A stretch of DNA of 63,222 bases, the filler included, from a bacterium (GTDB taxonomy: Bacteria; JAMORN01): NCBI GenBank assembly GCA_027063545.1. It is 12 parts of 12 records of this genome, joined end to end, with 100 filler letters (N's around TTAATTAATTAA, not from the genome) between each part and the next. Parts side by side here need not be neighbours in the genome. Positions count along the whole stretch, not along the records: positions 16,644 to 22,452 come from JAMORN010000171.1; positions 22,553 to 28,318 come from JAMORN010000172.1; positions 28,419 to 32,609 come from JAMORN010000173.1; 9 more parts are not named here. The stretch is one strand, 5' to 3'. Under the pieces are notes generated by a model, which worked only from the letters and a program-made list of their open reading frames with translations, was not told the origin of the DNA and did not search any database. Position 1 is the stretch's first letter, and the number at the start of each line of letters is the position of its first letter. Below, one piece after another: positions 21,845-31,127 of the stretch. The position numbers and the translations under genes were made by a program.

Positions 21845-22450
21845 TTAAACCTGTATTCTATATATTGTTAACTCTCTGTTTCTAACAACACCTACTTCTA
21901 TCTCATCTAATATCTTCACATTATCTATCTTAAACTCTTTTATTATATTTAAAACTTCCTTTGTAACAAGTATCACATTTTCATCATCATTAAATGTTTT
22001 CCCAAACTTTTCTATTATATGAGCTTCTTCTATTGATTCTCCCACACTAGAAAAAGTTTTTCTTCTTCCTTTACCCATAATTCCAATACTTACCTCTCCT
22101 ATTGTTATAACAAAAACTAATTTCAATAGATTCTTTGGAAAATATTTTTTAAATTCATCCATTATTTTATTATCAAGATCTCTTATTATATCTCTTATAG
22201 TATATATAGCATTTAAAACTTTAATTCTATTCTTTGTTCTTATATCTTCATGGGTATATCCATAGATTGCTAAAAAACCATCTCCTATAAATTTATCTAT
22301 TATTCCATTATACCTAGATACATTTCTAGAAACAATAGTATAAAAAGTGTTTAAAAAATTAAAAATTATATGATCTGGGGCATTATGTAAAAAATGAGTA
22401 GACCTTCTTATATCCCCTATCATTACAACTAGATGTTTAGTCTCTATTAA
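21845..22450 (-). CDS. Class III adenylate/guanylate cyclase domain, 5'-truncated; lacks the transition-state Asn/Arg
   Basis: Frame open to the contig end (LIETKHLVVMIGDIRRST), DKFIGDGFLAIYG, GEVSIGIMG..FSSVGESIEEAHIIE. Confidence 0.85.
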   Translation of the reverse strand, partial: LIETKHLVVMIGDIRRSTHFLHNAPDHIIFNFLNTFYTIVSRNVSRYNGIIDKFIGDGFLAIYGYTHEDIRTKNRIKVLNAIYTIRDIIRDLDNKIMDEFKKYFPKNLLKLVFVITIGEVSIGIMGKGRRKTFSSVGESIEEAHIIEKFGKTFNDDENVILVTKEVLNIIKEFKIDNVKILDEIEVGVVRNRELTIYRIQV

Positions 22451-22452
22451 TT

Positions 22453-22552
22453 NNNNNNNNNNNNNNNNNNNNNNNNNNNNNNNNNNNNNNNNNNNNTTAA
22501 TTAATTAANNNNNNNNNNNNNNNNNNNNNNNNNNNNNNNNNNNNNNNNNNNN
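22453..22552. other. Artificial contig spacer
   Basis: N44-TTAATTAATTAA-N44. Confidence 0.99.
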
Positions 22553-22554
22553 AC

Positions 22555-25500
22555 TGGATAGTTCTAAATAATTATGGGAATAATCCGGCAACCTCATCTA
22601 CCGTTGCATCAGCACCTGTTTCTTTTGTTATAAGAACAAACTCTCAACTTGTATCTCCTGTAAATTTATATCCAACTCAGGGAGATTCATTTAATTATGT
22701 TGATGATACTACAATAGTATTTAGATGGACAAATGGAGGTAAAGATGCTATAAAATATGAGTTATACATATTTGTTTATGATACAATAAATGGGGTAGAG
22801 GCTGCTATAAATGTTTGGAATACTGTAACAACTGATACATTTTTTATCCTAAATACACATGATGCTTTATATAAAGGAAAATTTTTATGGAAGGTTTATG
22901 CTGTAGATGACCAAGGTTTTAGTAAAGTTTCAGATCCTACATGGTTTTATTATAATGCTAAAATGGCTACTTTATCAATAAAAACTTATGGAATAATAAA
23001 TGATACAACACTTCCTCTTGCCTTTGTTAGTATAGATTTAATACCTTTATCAGGATCTAGTGATATTATTCCGATTGTAACAGATAATAATGGGGGATAT
23101 AAGAGGGTATTCTTATTAGGTAAATATAAGTTAGTGGCAAATAAAGATGGGTATAAGTCTGAGACCAAGTATGTAGATCTACTTAAAGAGGATTCTACTT
23201 ATTATGTTAGTTTTGTTTTAGAAAAAGCAGCAGGCCGTGTTATTGGTAAAGTTGTAAATAAAGAGGATTCATTACCAATATCTGAAGTAAATGTAATAGC
23301 AACAAATGTCAATGGAGAAAAGAGCGAAACTCAAACAGATAAATCTGGTTATTTTGTATTAGATATACCTGAAGAAGGCTCTTGGGTAATAAATATTGAG
23401 AAAACAGGATATATATCTCCAAGCCCAAGAAATATTACAATACAACAAGGTGATATTTTAGATTTAGGCTCTATACCTATAGAAAAGGCTCCTTATAGAA
23501 TTTATGGAATAATAAAGAATGAGGATGGTTATCCTATATCAAGAGCCACAATAGAGATTATTAATCTGATTACAAATGAAGTATATGATGAGGTTATAAC
23601 AGGCGATGATGGAACATATAGTTTTTATGTGCCTTATGGTAGTTGGAGGGTGTATGTAAATACTGCAGGTTTTATCCCAGAATATAAAGATATAGAGAAT
23701 CTTGGGTATGATAATGAGGTTAATTTTGTCCTTAAAGTAGGAGGTCTTATCAGTGGAGTTATATATAGAGTAAACTATAATGTAGAAACAGGCGAGTTTG
23801 ATCCACCTGCTCCTATTCAGAGAGAAGCAAATATAATTGCTTACAATATTGAAACTCAAGAAGAGTTTAAGACATCTCCAGATGTTTATGGTAAATATTC
23901 TTTAGGGGTAAGTTATGGTAGGTATATTTTAAAAGCAGAAGGTCCAAATTATATTGATTACATTTATCCAGACACAATAACTATTACTGAAACTAATAGA
24001 TCTTTTACCCAAAATATTTACTTAAGAAGTTATGGTGATATTGTATCTTATACTTTTGATACTTTAAATAATCCGATTGAAGGAGCGTATATTTCATCTT
24101 TTAAAGATAATAAATTTATTAAAGGTGTATATACAGATCAAGATGGGAAAGGTTTTTTAGAGGATTTAGAAGATGGTAGTTATACCATTTTTGCAGCAAA
24201 GAAGATGTATATTACTTCTATAAAGAAAACTATTACTATAGATTCAGGAGTTGTTGATAGTGTTTTACATTTTAATATAATAAGAGGTCCTTATAGATCT
24301 TTAAATGTTAAAGTATTGTATAATGGAAATGATTATACAGAAGGATTTTTAAACTTAATATCTCCTTATCCAGATAAAGCTATTCTTTTAGATAATAACT
24401 ATTATAATATAGATTCATTAACAACAGATATATATTATTTTAAATACATTCCTGAAAATTCAAATATTATAGGAATATATCAAGGAAGTTTTGATTTAAC
24501 ATCAACTACACAAGAGAATATTTTAGATACAATTTATTTACCCTTTACATGTTTATATGATGATACGTTAGCTTTATATAATGGAAATAGTATTATTTTT
24601 AAAATATATAATAGTAGTCCTTCTTTAAATATTACAGGTAAAGTATTTTATAGATATAAAGGAGAAGATGAGTATAAAGAACTTTCATTAAATAAAAATC
24701 CAACAGGTGATACTTTATATGCCACTTTAAATAATGTTATAACAGACAATCTATTAGAATATTATTATGAAATTGCCACTTCTGATGGAAATATATATTC
24801 AAATATTGACTATCCATACTATAGTTATATACCTAAAAAGATAAAATTGGAATATGCTAAATTTAAGCCAGCAGTGGTAGAACCTCCAGATAAAAAGATT
24901 GTATTAAAAGATTATCCTATATATTTAACAGTAGAAGGATATTATAGAGGTCAAGTTTTTTCAAACTTAATATCAAAAATAGAATGGTTTTCTTCAGATA
25001 CCTCAATTTTATCTATGAATAAATCTACAACTAGAGAAGGAGAGTTTATCACTTTATATCCTAAAAAGGTAGCCTCTAGTGTCTCTATAAGAGCTGTAGT
25101 TTATGGAACATCAGGTGAGAGGGATACACTTTTAGCTTATTTTAATATAATTGAAGGAGAAATTGATTCAGCATATATTTTAAGAAAAGATAAAAAAGTA
25201 GATGATAGAATGGTAGCAAATAATGAAGAGGCTATTTTTGTTGTTATGGGAAAAGTTAAAACCGATAGCGGAATTGTATATTTAGACCTTCCTGCTATAT
25301 GGAGTATTTACCCCAAATCAGGTGGAGAGATAGAAGCTGGATATTTAACTATAAAAAAGAATTTTGTTGGACAGATGAGGGTTATTGCAACAGTAAAAAA
25401 TTATAAAACATTATATTATAATGAGTCTCCATCAACTAGGTATGCAAATAGGTTTTTACATGTATATGCACCAATAGTTGAACCTGATACAGTATCTGAT

Positions 25501-26199
25501 TATAGAGGATTAACTATTATAGTAAATGATAGTAGTTTAATAAATTCAACAACAGATAAGTTCTTTTTGTCTTATACATTAATGAGCAATTATCAAAAGC
25601 AAGTAGATACAATGGAGGTTGTAAGTAATATCTATAATCTATATATGGAACAGAACAATATATTTAACAAACCTCTTACCTTAATCTATAAAATTCCAGA
25701 GGAATTAAGAAGTAGAAAGAATTTTATGTTAGGATACTATGTAGATTCTTTAATGAAATTTGTTTTTATTGAAAAATTAAAAAGAGTAAATGATTCTATT
25801 GTTGTAGGAAGCATAAAACATTTTTCTACTTATGCAATTTTTACAGAAAAAGAACCTGTATCAATAAAAAATGTTCAGTTTGTTCCTAATCCATTCTCTC
25901 CTTATGTATGGGCTAGGGATAATAATAGGGAAAGCCCGGGACTTGCTATAAAGTTCTATGCTTCAGTTCTTCATGATCCAGTTCCTAACATAAAGATTGA
26001 AATATATACAATAACAGGTGTTAAGGTGTGGGAAAAAGAGGTAGAAAATGCAGAAAACGGATATCAAACAGTATATTGGGATGGTAAAACATTAAATGGT
26101 AAAATGGCAAGAAATGGAAGATATATTGTAAAGATTAAAGTATGGGAAACAACAGGGGCAGAAGCAGTTTATAAAGGATTAGTAGTCCTAATTAAATAG
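22555..26199 (+). CDS. Large surface protein, 5'-truncated: tandem carboxypeptidase-regulatory/Cna-B-like beta-sandwich repeats with a C-terminal FlgD-Ig/T9SS-like sorting domain
   Basis: Frame open from 22555; repeats of G.V......PI..A.V....T.TD..G.Y/F; C-terminus FVPNPFSP..IEIYTITG..VYWDGKTLNGKMARNGRYIVKI..VVLIK. Confidence 0.8.
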   Translation, partial: WIVLNNYGNNPATSSTVASAPVSFVIRTNSQLVSPVNLYPTQGDSFNYVDDTTIVFRWTNGGKDAIKYELYIFVYDTINGVEAAINVWNTVTTDTFFILNTHDALYKGKFLWKVYAVDDQGFSKVSDPTWFYYNAKMATLSIKTYGIINDTTLPLAFVSIDLIPLSGSSDIIPIVTDNNGGYKRVFLLGKYKLVANKDGYKSETKYVDLLKEDSTYYVSFVLEKAAGRVIGKVVNKEDSLPISEVNVIATNVNGEKSETQTDKSGYFVLDIPEEGSWVINIEKTGYISPSPRNITIQQGDILDLGSIPIEKAPYRIYGIIKNEDGYPISRATIEIINLITNEVYDEVITGDDGTYSFYVPYGSWRVYVNTAGFIPEYKDIENLGYDNEVNFVLKVGGLISGVIYRVNYNVETGEFDPPAPIQREANIIAYNIETQEEFKTSPDVYGKYSLGVSYGRYILKAEGPNYIDYIYPDTITITETNRSFTQNIYLRSYGDIVSYTFDTLNNPIEGAYISSFKDNKFIKGVYTDQDGKGFLEDLEDGSYTIFAAKKMYITSIKKTITIDSGVVDSVLHFNIIRGPYRSLNVKVLYNGNDYTEGFLNLISPYPDKAILLDNNYYNIDSLTTDIYYFKYIPENSNIIGIYQGSFDLTSTTQENILDTIYLPFTCLYDDTLALYNGNSIIFKIYNSSPSLNITGKVFYRYKGEDEYKELSLNKNPTGDTLYATLNNVITDNLLEYYYEIATSDGNIYSNIDYPYYSYIPKKIKLEYAKFKPAVVEPPDKKIVLKDYPIYLTVEGYYRGQVFSNLISKIEWFSSDTSILSMNKSTTREGEFITLYPKKVASSVSIRAVVYGTSGERDTLLAYFNIIEGEIDSAYILRKDKKVDDRMVANNEEAIFVVMGKVKTDSGIVYLDLPAIWSIYPKSGGEIEAGYLTIKKNFVGQMRVIATVKNYKTLYYNESPSTRYANRFLHVYAPIVEPDTVSDYRGLTIIVNDSSLINSTTDKFFLSYTLMSNYQKQVDTMEVVSNIYNLYMEQNNIFNKPLTLIYKIPEELRSRKNFMLGYYVDSLMKFVFIEKLKRVNDSIVVGSIKHFSTYAIFTEKEPVSIKNVQFVPNPFSPYVWARDNNRESPGLAIKFYASVLHDPVPNIKIEIYTITGVKVWEKEVENAENGYQTVYWDGKTLNGKMARNGRYIVKIKVWETTGAEAVYKGLVVLIK

Positions 26200-26217
26200 A
26201 TAAAAAGAGGTATAGTT

Positions 26218-27780
26218 ATGAAAAAGAGTATATTTTTCTTTGTATTACTTATAATTATGGGTTTTAGTATGAATCTAAAGGCAAAAAGTGAGGATTTTTC
26301 TAATTTATTTCGTTTGGCAGTTTTTGATATAAAAAGTGATGTTTTAGATGATTCTATTTTAGTTTTATTTACAGATAGTTTGAAAAAGGAGTTAAAGTCT
26401 TTAGGTCTTTATTATATAATACCAAAAGAAGATTTAAAAAGAGCACAAAAGGAAATAAGAAAACCAGAATTAACTAGAAAAAGAGATTATGTTAGGGTAG
26501 GAAGAAGAGTTGGTGCTGACAAAATATTTTTTGGTAGCATAAATAAAATAAATGAGATGTATGAAATAAAAGTAAAACTTTATGATATAGAATCAAAGAG
26601 TGTTGAAAGACAAGCAACTCTTTATACTATAGCAGATTATGATAGTATTTTTAAGTTTGTTCCTGCTATTATATGGAAACTTTATTATCCACAAGATTCA
26701 ACAATGATGGTTAAAGGAGTTTTTGAGGATTATAGTCAAAAATTAAATCATACCAAAATAAATGGTATAATAACAGGCATAGGTTTTTTGAGTATATTAA
26801 TCTATAATTTATATGATAAAAGACTTTTTTATGATGATGATATTTTAACACCTGTTGATTCTTTACAGATAAGTTATTATTCAATAGGACTATCTTCAAT
26901 ACAAGCAAGTTTTATAAATAGTGGGTATTCTGCAAGAGGAGAGGGGATATCTGCTTATATGGGATTAGCAGATGATCCTTTTTGTTTTTTATATAATCCC
27001 GCATCTTTAGCAAGAATAGAGTCAAGAGGTGTAGGTTATTCATTTATTACAACCCCAATAAATAGTGATATATCAATTGTAGAAAATTCTATATCCTATG
27101 TAGATAATTTAACCTCTAAAACGTATTATGGAACCGCAATTGTTACAACAACAGATGGTGGTCTTATGAGTGAACTTACATATTATCTTTCTGGAGCAAT
27201 ACTATTTAAAAGGCTTTGGTTTTTGCCAAAATTTTCTTTAGGTGCAAATTTAAAATTTAGAACAGCTTCATTTGGTTATGGGGAGTTATCAGAAGGAGAA
27301 GATAGGGTTAGAGGTAATGCTCATGGTTTTGGGATTGATATAGGTGGAACAGCTAATTTTACAGATTATCTTGTTGGGGGTATGGCTCTTCAAGATGCTT
27401 ATAATTATCTTGTGTGGAATAATTATTTAACAAATAGAATTTATAGAGAGGATCTTCCTAGAGTTTATAGAATGGGGTTAGCATATAAAACTGAACGCTT
27501 TATTATGACAATGGATTGGTTTAAGAGTATATATGTAGAACAAAGTGAAGCCTTTTCTTTTGGGCTTGAGTATAGTCCTTTTGAATATCTTTCTTTTAGA
27601 GGAGGATGGTTTCAAGATGGTGAGGATCAAAATAGAAAGAAATTTAGTATAGGCTCAGGTATAAATTATTTATTTAATATCCCTCCGTATGGGAAGTATG
27701 ATGTAAAACTTGATTATGCTTTTGAATATTTCCCTAATTTAGTTAATACTCATACTTTTAGTTTTATTGTTGAATTTTAA
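26218..27780 (+). CDS. PorV/FadL-like outer-membrane barrel fused to an N-terminal CsgG/TolB-N-like alpha/beta domain
   Basis: Signal peptide; RLAVFDI..VGRRVGADKIFFGSI..IKVKLYDIE; SARGEG.SAYMGLADDPFCFLYNPASLA; GIDIGG, LSFRGG, KLDYAF, THTFSFIVEF. Confidence 0.7.
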   Translation: MKKSIFFFVLLIIMGFSMNLKAKSEDFSNLFRLAVFDIKSDVLDDSILVLFTDSLKKELKSLGLYYIIPKEDLKRAQKEIRKPELTRKRDYVRVGRRVGADKIFFGSINKINEMYEIKVKLYDIESKSVERQATLYTIADYDSIFKFVPAIIWKLYYPQDSTMMVKGVFEDYSQKLNHTKINGIITGIGFLSILIYNLYDKRLFYDDDILTPVDSLQISYYSIGLSSIQASFINSGYSARGEGISAYMGLADDPFCFLYNPASLARIESRGVGYSFITTPINSDISIVENSISYVDNLTSKTYYGTAIVTTTDGGLMSELTYYLSGAILFKRLWFLPKFSLGANLKFRTASFGYGELSEGEDRVRGNAHGFGIDIGGTANFTDYLVGGMALQDAYNYLVWNNYLTNRIYREDLPRVYRMGLAYKTERFIMTMDWFKSIYVEQSEAFSFGLEYSPFEYLSFRGGWFQDGEDQNRKKFSIGSGINYLFNIPPYGKYDVKLDYAFEYFPNLVNTHTFSFIVEF

Positions 27781-28317
27781 AAGAATTATTAAAATAAATA
27801 TTACACCAACAATAGATGTAATAGAGCCTATAGGAAGATTGTAATTTTTTATTATATTTTTTGAAATAAAATCACTAATACTTAAAAAACTAATACTATA
27901 TAGAATAATCAAAAGGAATTTATTTTTATAATCTTTTTTTTCAATAAAACTGACAAAATTAGGAATTATTAAGCCTATAAAACCAACAGGTCCTATAGTA
28001 GCAGCAACAAAAGATACACTTATAGATGAGATTATAAGTAGTTTAATAAAATTTTTATCATAGTCTATTCCTTTAGAAATAATATATTCTCTTCCAAGAG
28101 GAGAAACTTCTATAAAAAAGAGATTTTTGTATGTATATATTGTAAAAATAATAGAGATAAATAGCAATATTGTTGGGTATTTATATCCATATATATCTAA
28201 AGAACCTAGAAGATATAGAATTAAAGATTTAGATGAGGTATTTGAAAGAAATATATTGAGAATTGAGATAATTGATGAAGAAAAAAAACTAAAGAATACT
28301 CCTATTATTAAAAGAAG
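27739..28317 (-). CDS. FecCD/BtuC-family iron-chelate/cobalamin ABC permease, 5'-truncated
   Basis: LLIIGVFFS..YLLGSL, GPVGFIGLIIPNF, LPIGSITSIVG; overlaps the convergent PorV-like gene by 42 nt. Confidence 0.88.
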   Translation of the reverse strand, partial: LLLIIGVFFSFFSSSIISILNIFLSNTSSKSLILYLLGSLDIYGYKYPTILLFISIIFTIYTYKNLFFIEVSPLGREYIISKGIDYDKNFIKLLIISSISVSFVAATIGPVGFIGLIIPNFVSFIEKKDYKNKFLLIILYSISFLSISDFISKNIIKNYNLPIGSITSIVGVIFILIILLKFNNKTKSMSIN

Positions 28318-28318
28318 A

Positions 28319-28418
28319 NNNNNNNNNNNNNNNNNNNNNNNNNNNNNNNNNNNNNNNNNNNNTTAATTAATTAANNNNNNNNNNNNNNNNNNNNNNNNNN
28401 NNNNNNNNNNNNNNNNNN
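28319..28418. other. Artificial contig spacer
   Basis: N44-TTAATTAATTAA-N44. Confidence 0.99.
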
Positions 28419-28420
28419 CC

Positions 28421-28576
28421 CCATATATCCCTAACTCCTTTAAAGATAATTTTAAGCTATTTAAAAATTCTATAATTTTTAACTATGAGATAAAAAAAAT
28501 TATAGACTTCTTATATAAAAACAGAAAAATAAATGGAAATAATATTCTAATATCTGGAGGTTATAATATTGAATAA
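28421..28576 (+). CDS. C-terminal fragment, probably an SDR-family oxidoreductase (5'-truncated)
   Basis: PYIPN..EIKKIIDFLY..INGNNILISGGYNIE* resembles the SDR C-terminal 'ITGQ.I.VDGG' motif; not in the ORF track. Confidence 0.4.
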   Translation, partial: PYIPNSFKDNFKLFKNSIIFNYEIKKIIDFLYKNRKINGNNILISGGYNIE

Positions 28577-28596
28577 CATTTTATGATATAAAAAGA

Positions 28597-30105
28597 TTAA
28601 TACAATAAATTATCAATATTGTGTAAGATTACTTTCCCTGAGTTATCTTTTACAATAAATTCTACTTCTCTAAATAATGGATTTACACTTACTATTATTT
28701 CTTTATTTAAAATTTTCTTCAATTCTTCCAAATTAAATTCAACAAAATGTTCATATAAAAATGGAGATAATTCTATATAAAACTTTGAACCCTTTATTGT
28801 CTTCAATTGCCCATATAGATCTGAAAATATTGTTAAATATGAAGGTATATAACCTTCTCCATTACATACTGGACATAAAGATACATTATAATCTAGCATA
28901 TTTTGAGAAATTTTTTTTCTTGTAATCTGCATCAAAGACAACTCAGTTAATGGATAAACTTTAACTGTTGTTCTATCTTTTTTTACAAGTTCCTTCATAT
29001 ACTCAAAAAGTTCTTCCCTTGCCTCTTGAGTTTTTAAATCTATAAAATCCACAAGTATTATTCCTCCAATATTTCTTAACCTAAGCTGTCTTGCTATCTC
29101 TTCTGCTGCTTGTTTATTAACCTTTAAAGCTGTCTCTTCAAACTCTTTTCTTCCAATAAAACTTCCACTATTTACATCTATCACAGTCATAGCTTCTGTT
29201 TTTTCTATAATTAAATAACCACCATTTTTTAACCATACTTTTTTATCAAATATCTTTTTGATTTTTCTGTTTAGATCAAAATAGTCAAAAATATTATCTT
29301 TACTATCAAAAAACTTTACCTTTGGTATTAGTTCCTGGGAGTTATTCTCTATTAAATAAGATATAATCTCTCTATAATCTTCTGCGTTATCAACCACACA
29401 TCTATCTACATCCTGATTTAATAAATCCCTTATAACAGAAGAAAATATATCCTCTGACTTGTAAAGAAGTGATGGAGGGGTAGTATTTGAAGCTTTTTCT
29501 TTAATATATTCCCACTTTTTAATTAAATAATCAATCTCATACTCAATTTCTTTTTCACTTTTATACTGGGCAGATGTTCTAACTATAAATCCATAATTTC
29601 CTTTAACATAATTTCTTATAAAATTTTTTAGATGTTTTCTCTTTTCTTTGTCCTTTATTTTTCTAGATACTCCTACAATATTATATTCAGGTATTATTAC
29701 TAAAAACCTTCCCGGAATTGTTATAGTTGTTTTAAGTTTAGGGCCCTTATCTCCAACAGGATTTTTTTCTACTTGAACAATTATCTCATCACCTTCTTTT
29801 AAAATCTCCTCTATTTTATTCGACTGTTTTCTTTTAATATCTATCTCATCTTCATCCTCTAAATCCTCATATATAAAACTTCCTATATCACTAACATGAA
29901 GATATCCTGCTTTTTTCCATCCTATATCAATAAATGCAGATTGAATACCAGGTATTACATCCTTAACTTTTCCTTTATAAATATTTCCTACTAAATTATT
30001 ATGTTTATTTTCCTCTATTATATATTCAACTAACTGGTTATCTTCGATAACAGCTATTTTCCTTTCAAAAAAAGTATTGTTTATAAAAATTTCTCTTTTG
30101 GGCAT
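28597..30105 (-). CDS. rng: Ribonuclease G/E family endoribonuclease
   Basis: VGNIYKGKV S1 domain, SAFIDIG, VIDVNSG, IARQLRLRNIGGIILVDFID, CPVCNGEG. Confidence 0.95.
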   Translation of the reverse strand: MPKREIFINNTFFERKIAVIEDNQLVEYIIEENKHNNLVGNIYKGKVKDVIPGIQSAFIDIGWKKAGYLHVSDIGSFIYEDLEDEDEIDIKRKQSNKIEEILKEGDEIIVQVEKNPVGDKGPKLKTTITIPGRFLVIIPEYNIVGVSRKIKDKEKRKHLKNFIRNYVKGNYGFIVRTSAQYKSEKEIEYEIDYLIKKWEYIKEKASNTTPPSLLYKSEDIFSSVIRDLLNQDVDRCVVDNAEDYREIISYLIENNSQELIPKVKFFDSKDNIFDYFDLNRKIKKIFDKKVWLKNGGYLIIEKTEAMTVIDVNSGSFIGRKEFEETALKVNKQAAEEIARQLRLRNIGGIILVDFIDLKTQEAREELFEYMKELVKKDRTTVKVYPLTELSLMQITRKKISQNMLDYNVSLCPVCNGEGYIPSYLTIFSDLYGQLKTIKGSKFYIELSPFLYEHFVEFNLEELKKILNKEIIVSVNPLFREVEFIVKDNSGKVILHNIDNLLY

Positions 30106-30110
30106 AAATA

Positions 30111-31112
30111 CTATATAACCTCATTCTCTAATTTTTCACCATTTATAAAACTTTTTATATTATCTAAGGTAGTTTTTGCTATATTTTCCAATGCTTCTTT
30201 TGTCAAAAATGCTTGATGGGAGGTTATTATAACATTTGGAAATGTTAACAATCTTGCCAACACATCATCTTCGATTACATCTGTAGAGTGGTCTTCAAAA
30301 AAGTAGTGCTCTTCTTCTTCATACACATCAAGACCTGCATATCCTATTTTTCTTGTTTTTAATCCTTTAATAAGTGCTTTTGTATCTATTAAGCCTCCTC
30401 TTGAGGTATTTATAAGCATAACTCCATCTTTCATTTTGTTTATAGCATCTTCATTTATCATATGATAAGTTTCTTTTGATAATGGAGTATGAAGTGTTAT
30501 TATATCACTTTCTCTATATAAGGTATCTAAATCTATATATTGAAATCTTTTATATTCTGCATATTCATAATCTGGATATACATCATAGGCTAAAATCCTC
30601 ATTCCAAAACCTTTTAAAATATTTATTACTGATTTTCCTATTTTTCCTGTTCCTATAACACCTGCTGTTTTACCATATAAATCAAATCCAACAAGTCCTT
30701 CTAAAGAAAAATTTCCTTCTCTTACCCTAAAATAAGATTTTATTAATTTTCTATTTAATGCTAAAATCAAAGCAATAGTATGCTCTGCTACTGCATGAGG
30801 AGAATAGGCAGGTACTCTTACTACCTTTATCCCATACTCTTTTGCTGCTTCTAAATCCACATTATTATATCCAGCACACCTTAAAGCAATTAATTTTATA
30901 TTATTCTCTGCTAAGCACTCTATAACTTTTCTGGATACTCTATCATTTACAAACACACATATAGCATCATGGCCATTTACTAAACTACATGTTTCCTCAT
31001 CTAATCTAACAGAACAATATTTTATATCAAAATTATAATCCTTGTTTAGTCTATCAAATACATCTCTAAAAAATTCTTTTGTATCAAAAAATATTATTTT
31101 AAATTTTTCCAT
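30111..31112 (-). CDS. ldhA: D-lactate dehydrogenase / D-2-hydroxyacid dehydrogenase
   Basis: LRCAGYNNVD, RVPAYSPHAVAEH, GTGKIG, INTSRGGLID, LDVYEEE, TSHQAFLT. Confidence 0.93.
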   Translation of the reverse strand: MEKFKIIFFDTKEFFRDVFDRLNKDYNFDIKYCSVRLDEETCSLVNGHDAICVFVNDRVSRKVIECLAENNIKLIALRCAGYNNVDLEAAKEYGIKVVRVPAYSPHAVAEHTIALILALNRKLIKSYFRVREGNFSLEGLVGFDLYGKTAGVIGTGKIGKSVINILKGFGMRILAYDVYPDYEYAEYKRFQYIDLDTLYRESDIITLHTPLSKETYHMINEDAINKMKDGVMLINTSRGGLIDTKALIKGLKTRKIGYAGLDVYEEEEHYFFEDHSTDVIEDDVLARLLTFPNVIITSHQAFLTKEALENIAKTTLDNIKSFINGEKLENEVI

Positions 31113-31127
31113 AATTAGACTCCTTTT

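Noticed and set aside
21845-26199. Functional link between the cyclase operon and the large CTD protein (also 53192 with hldD, and 60064 with the third cyclase)
   Set aside because: They are separated by artificial spacers, so the adjacency is not genomic.
28127-28366. Plus-strand 79-aa ORF
   Set aside because: Antisense to the FecCD permease, whose frame stays open to the contig end; it also runs into Ns.
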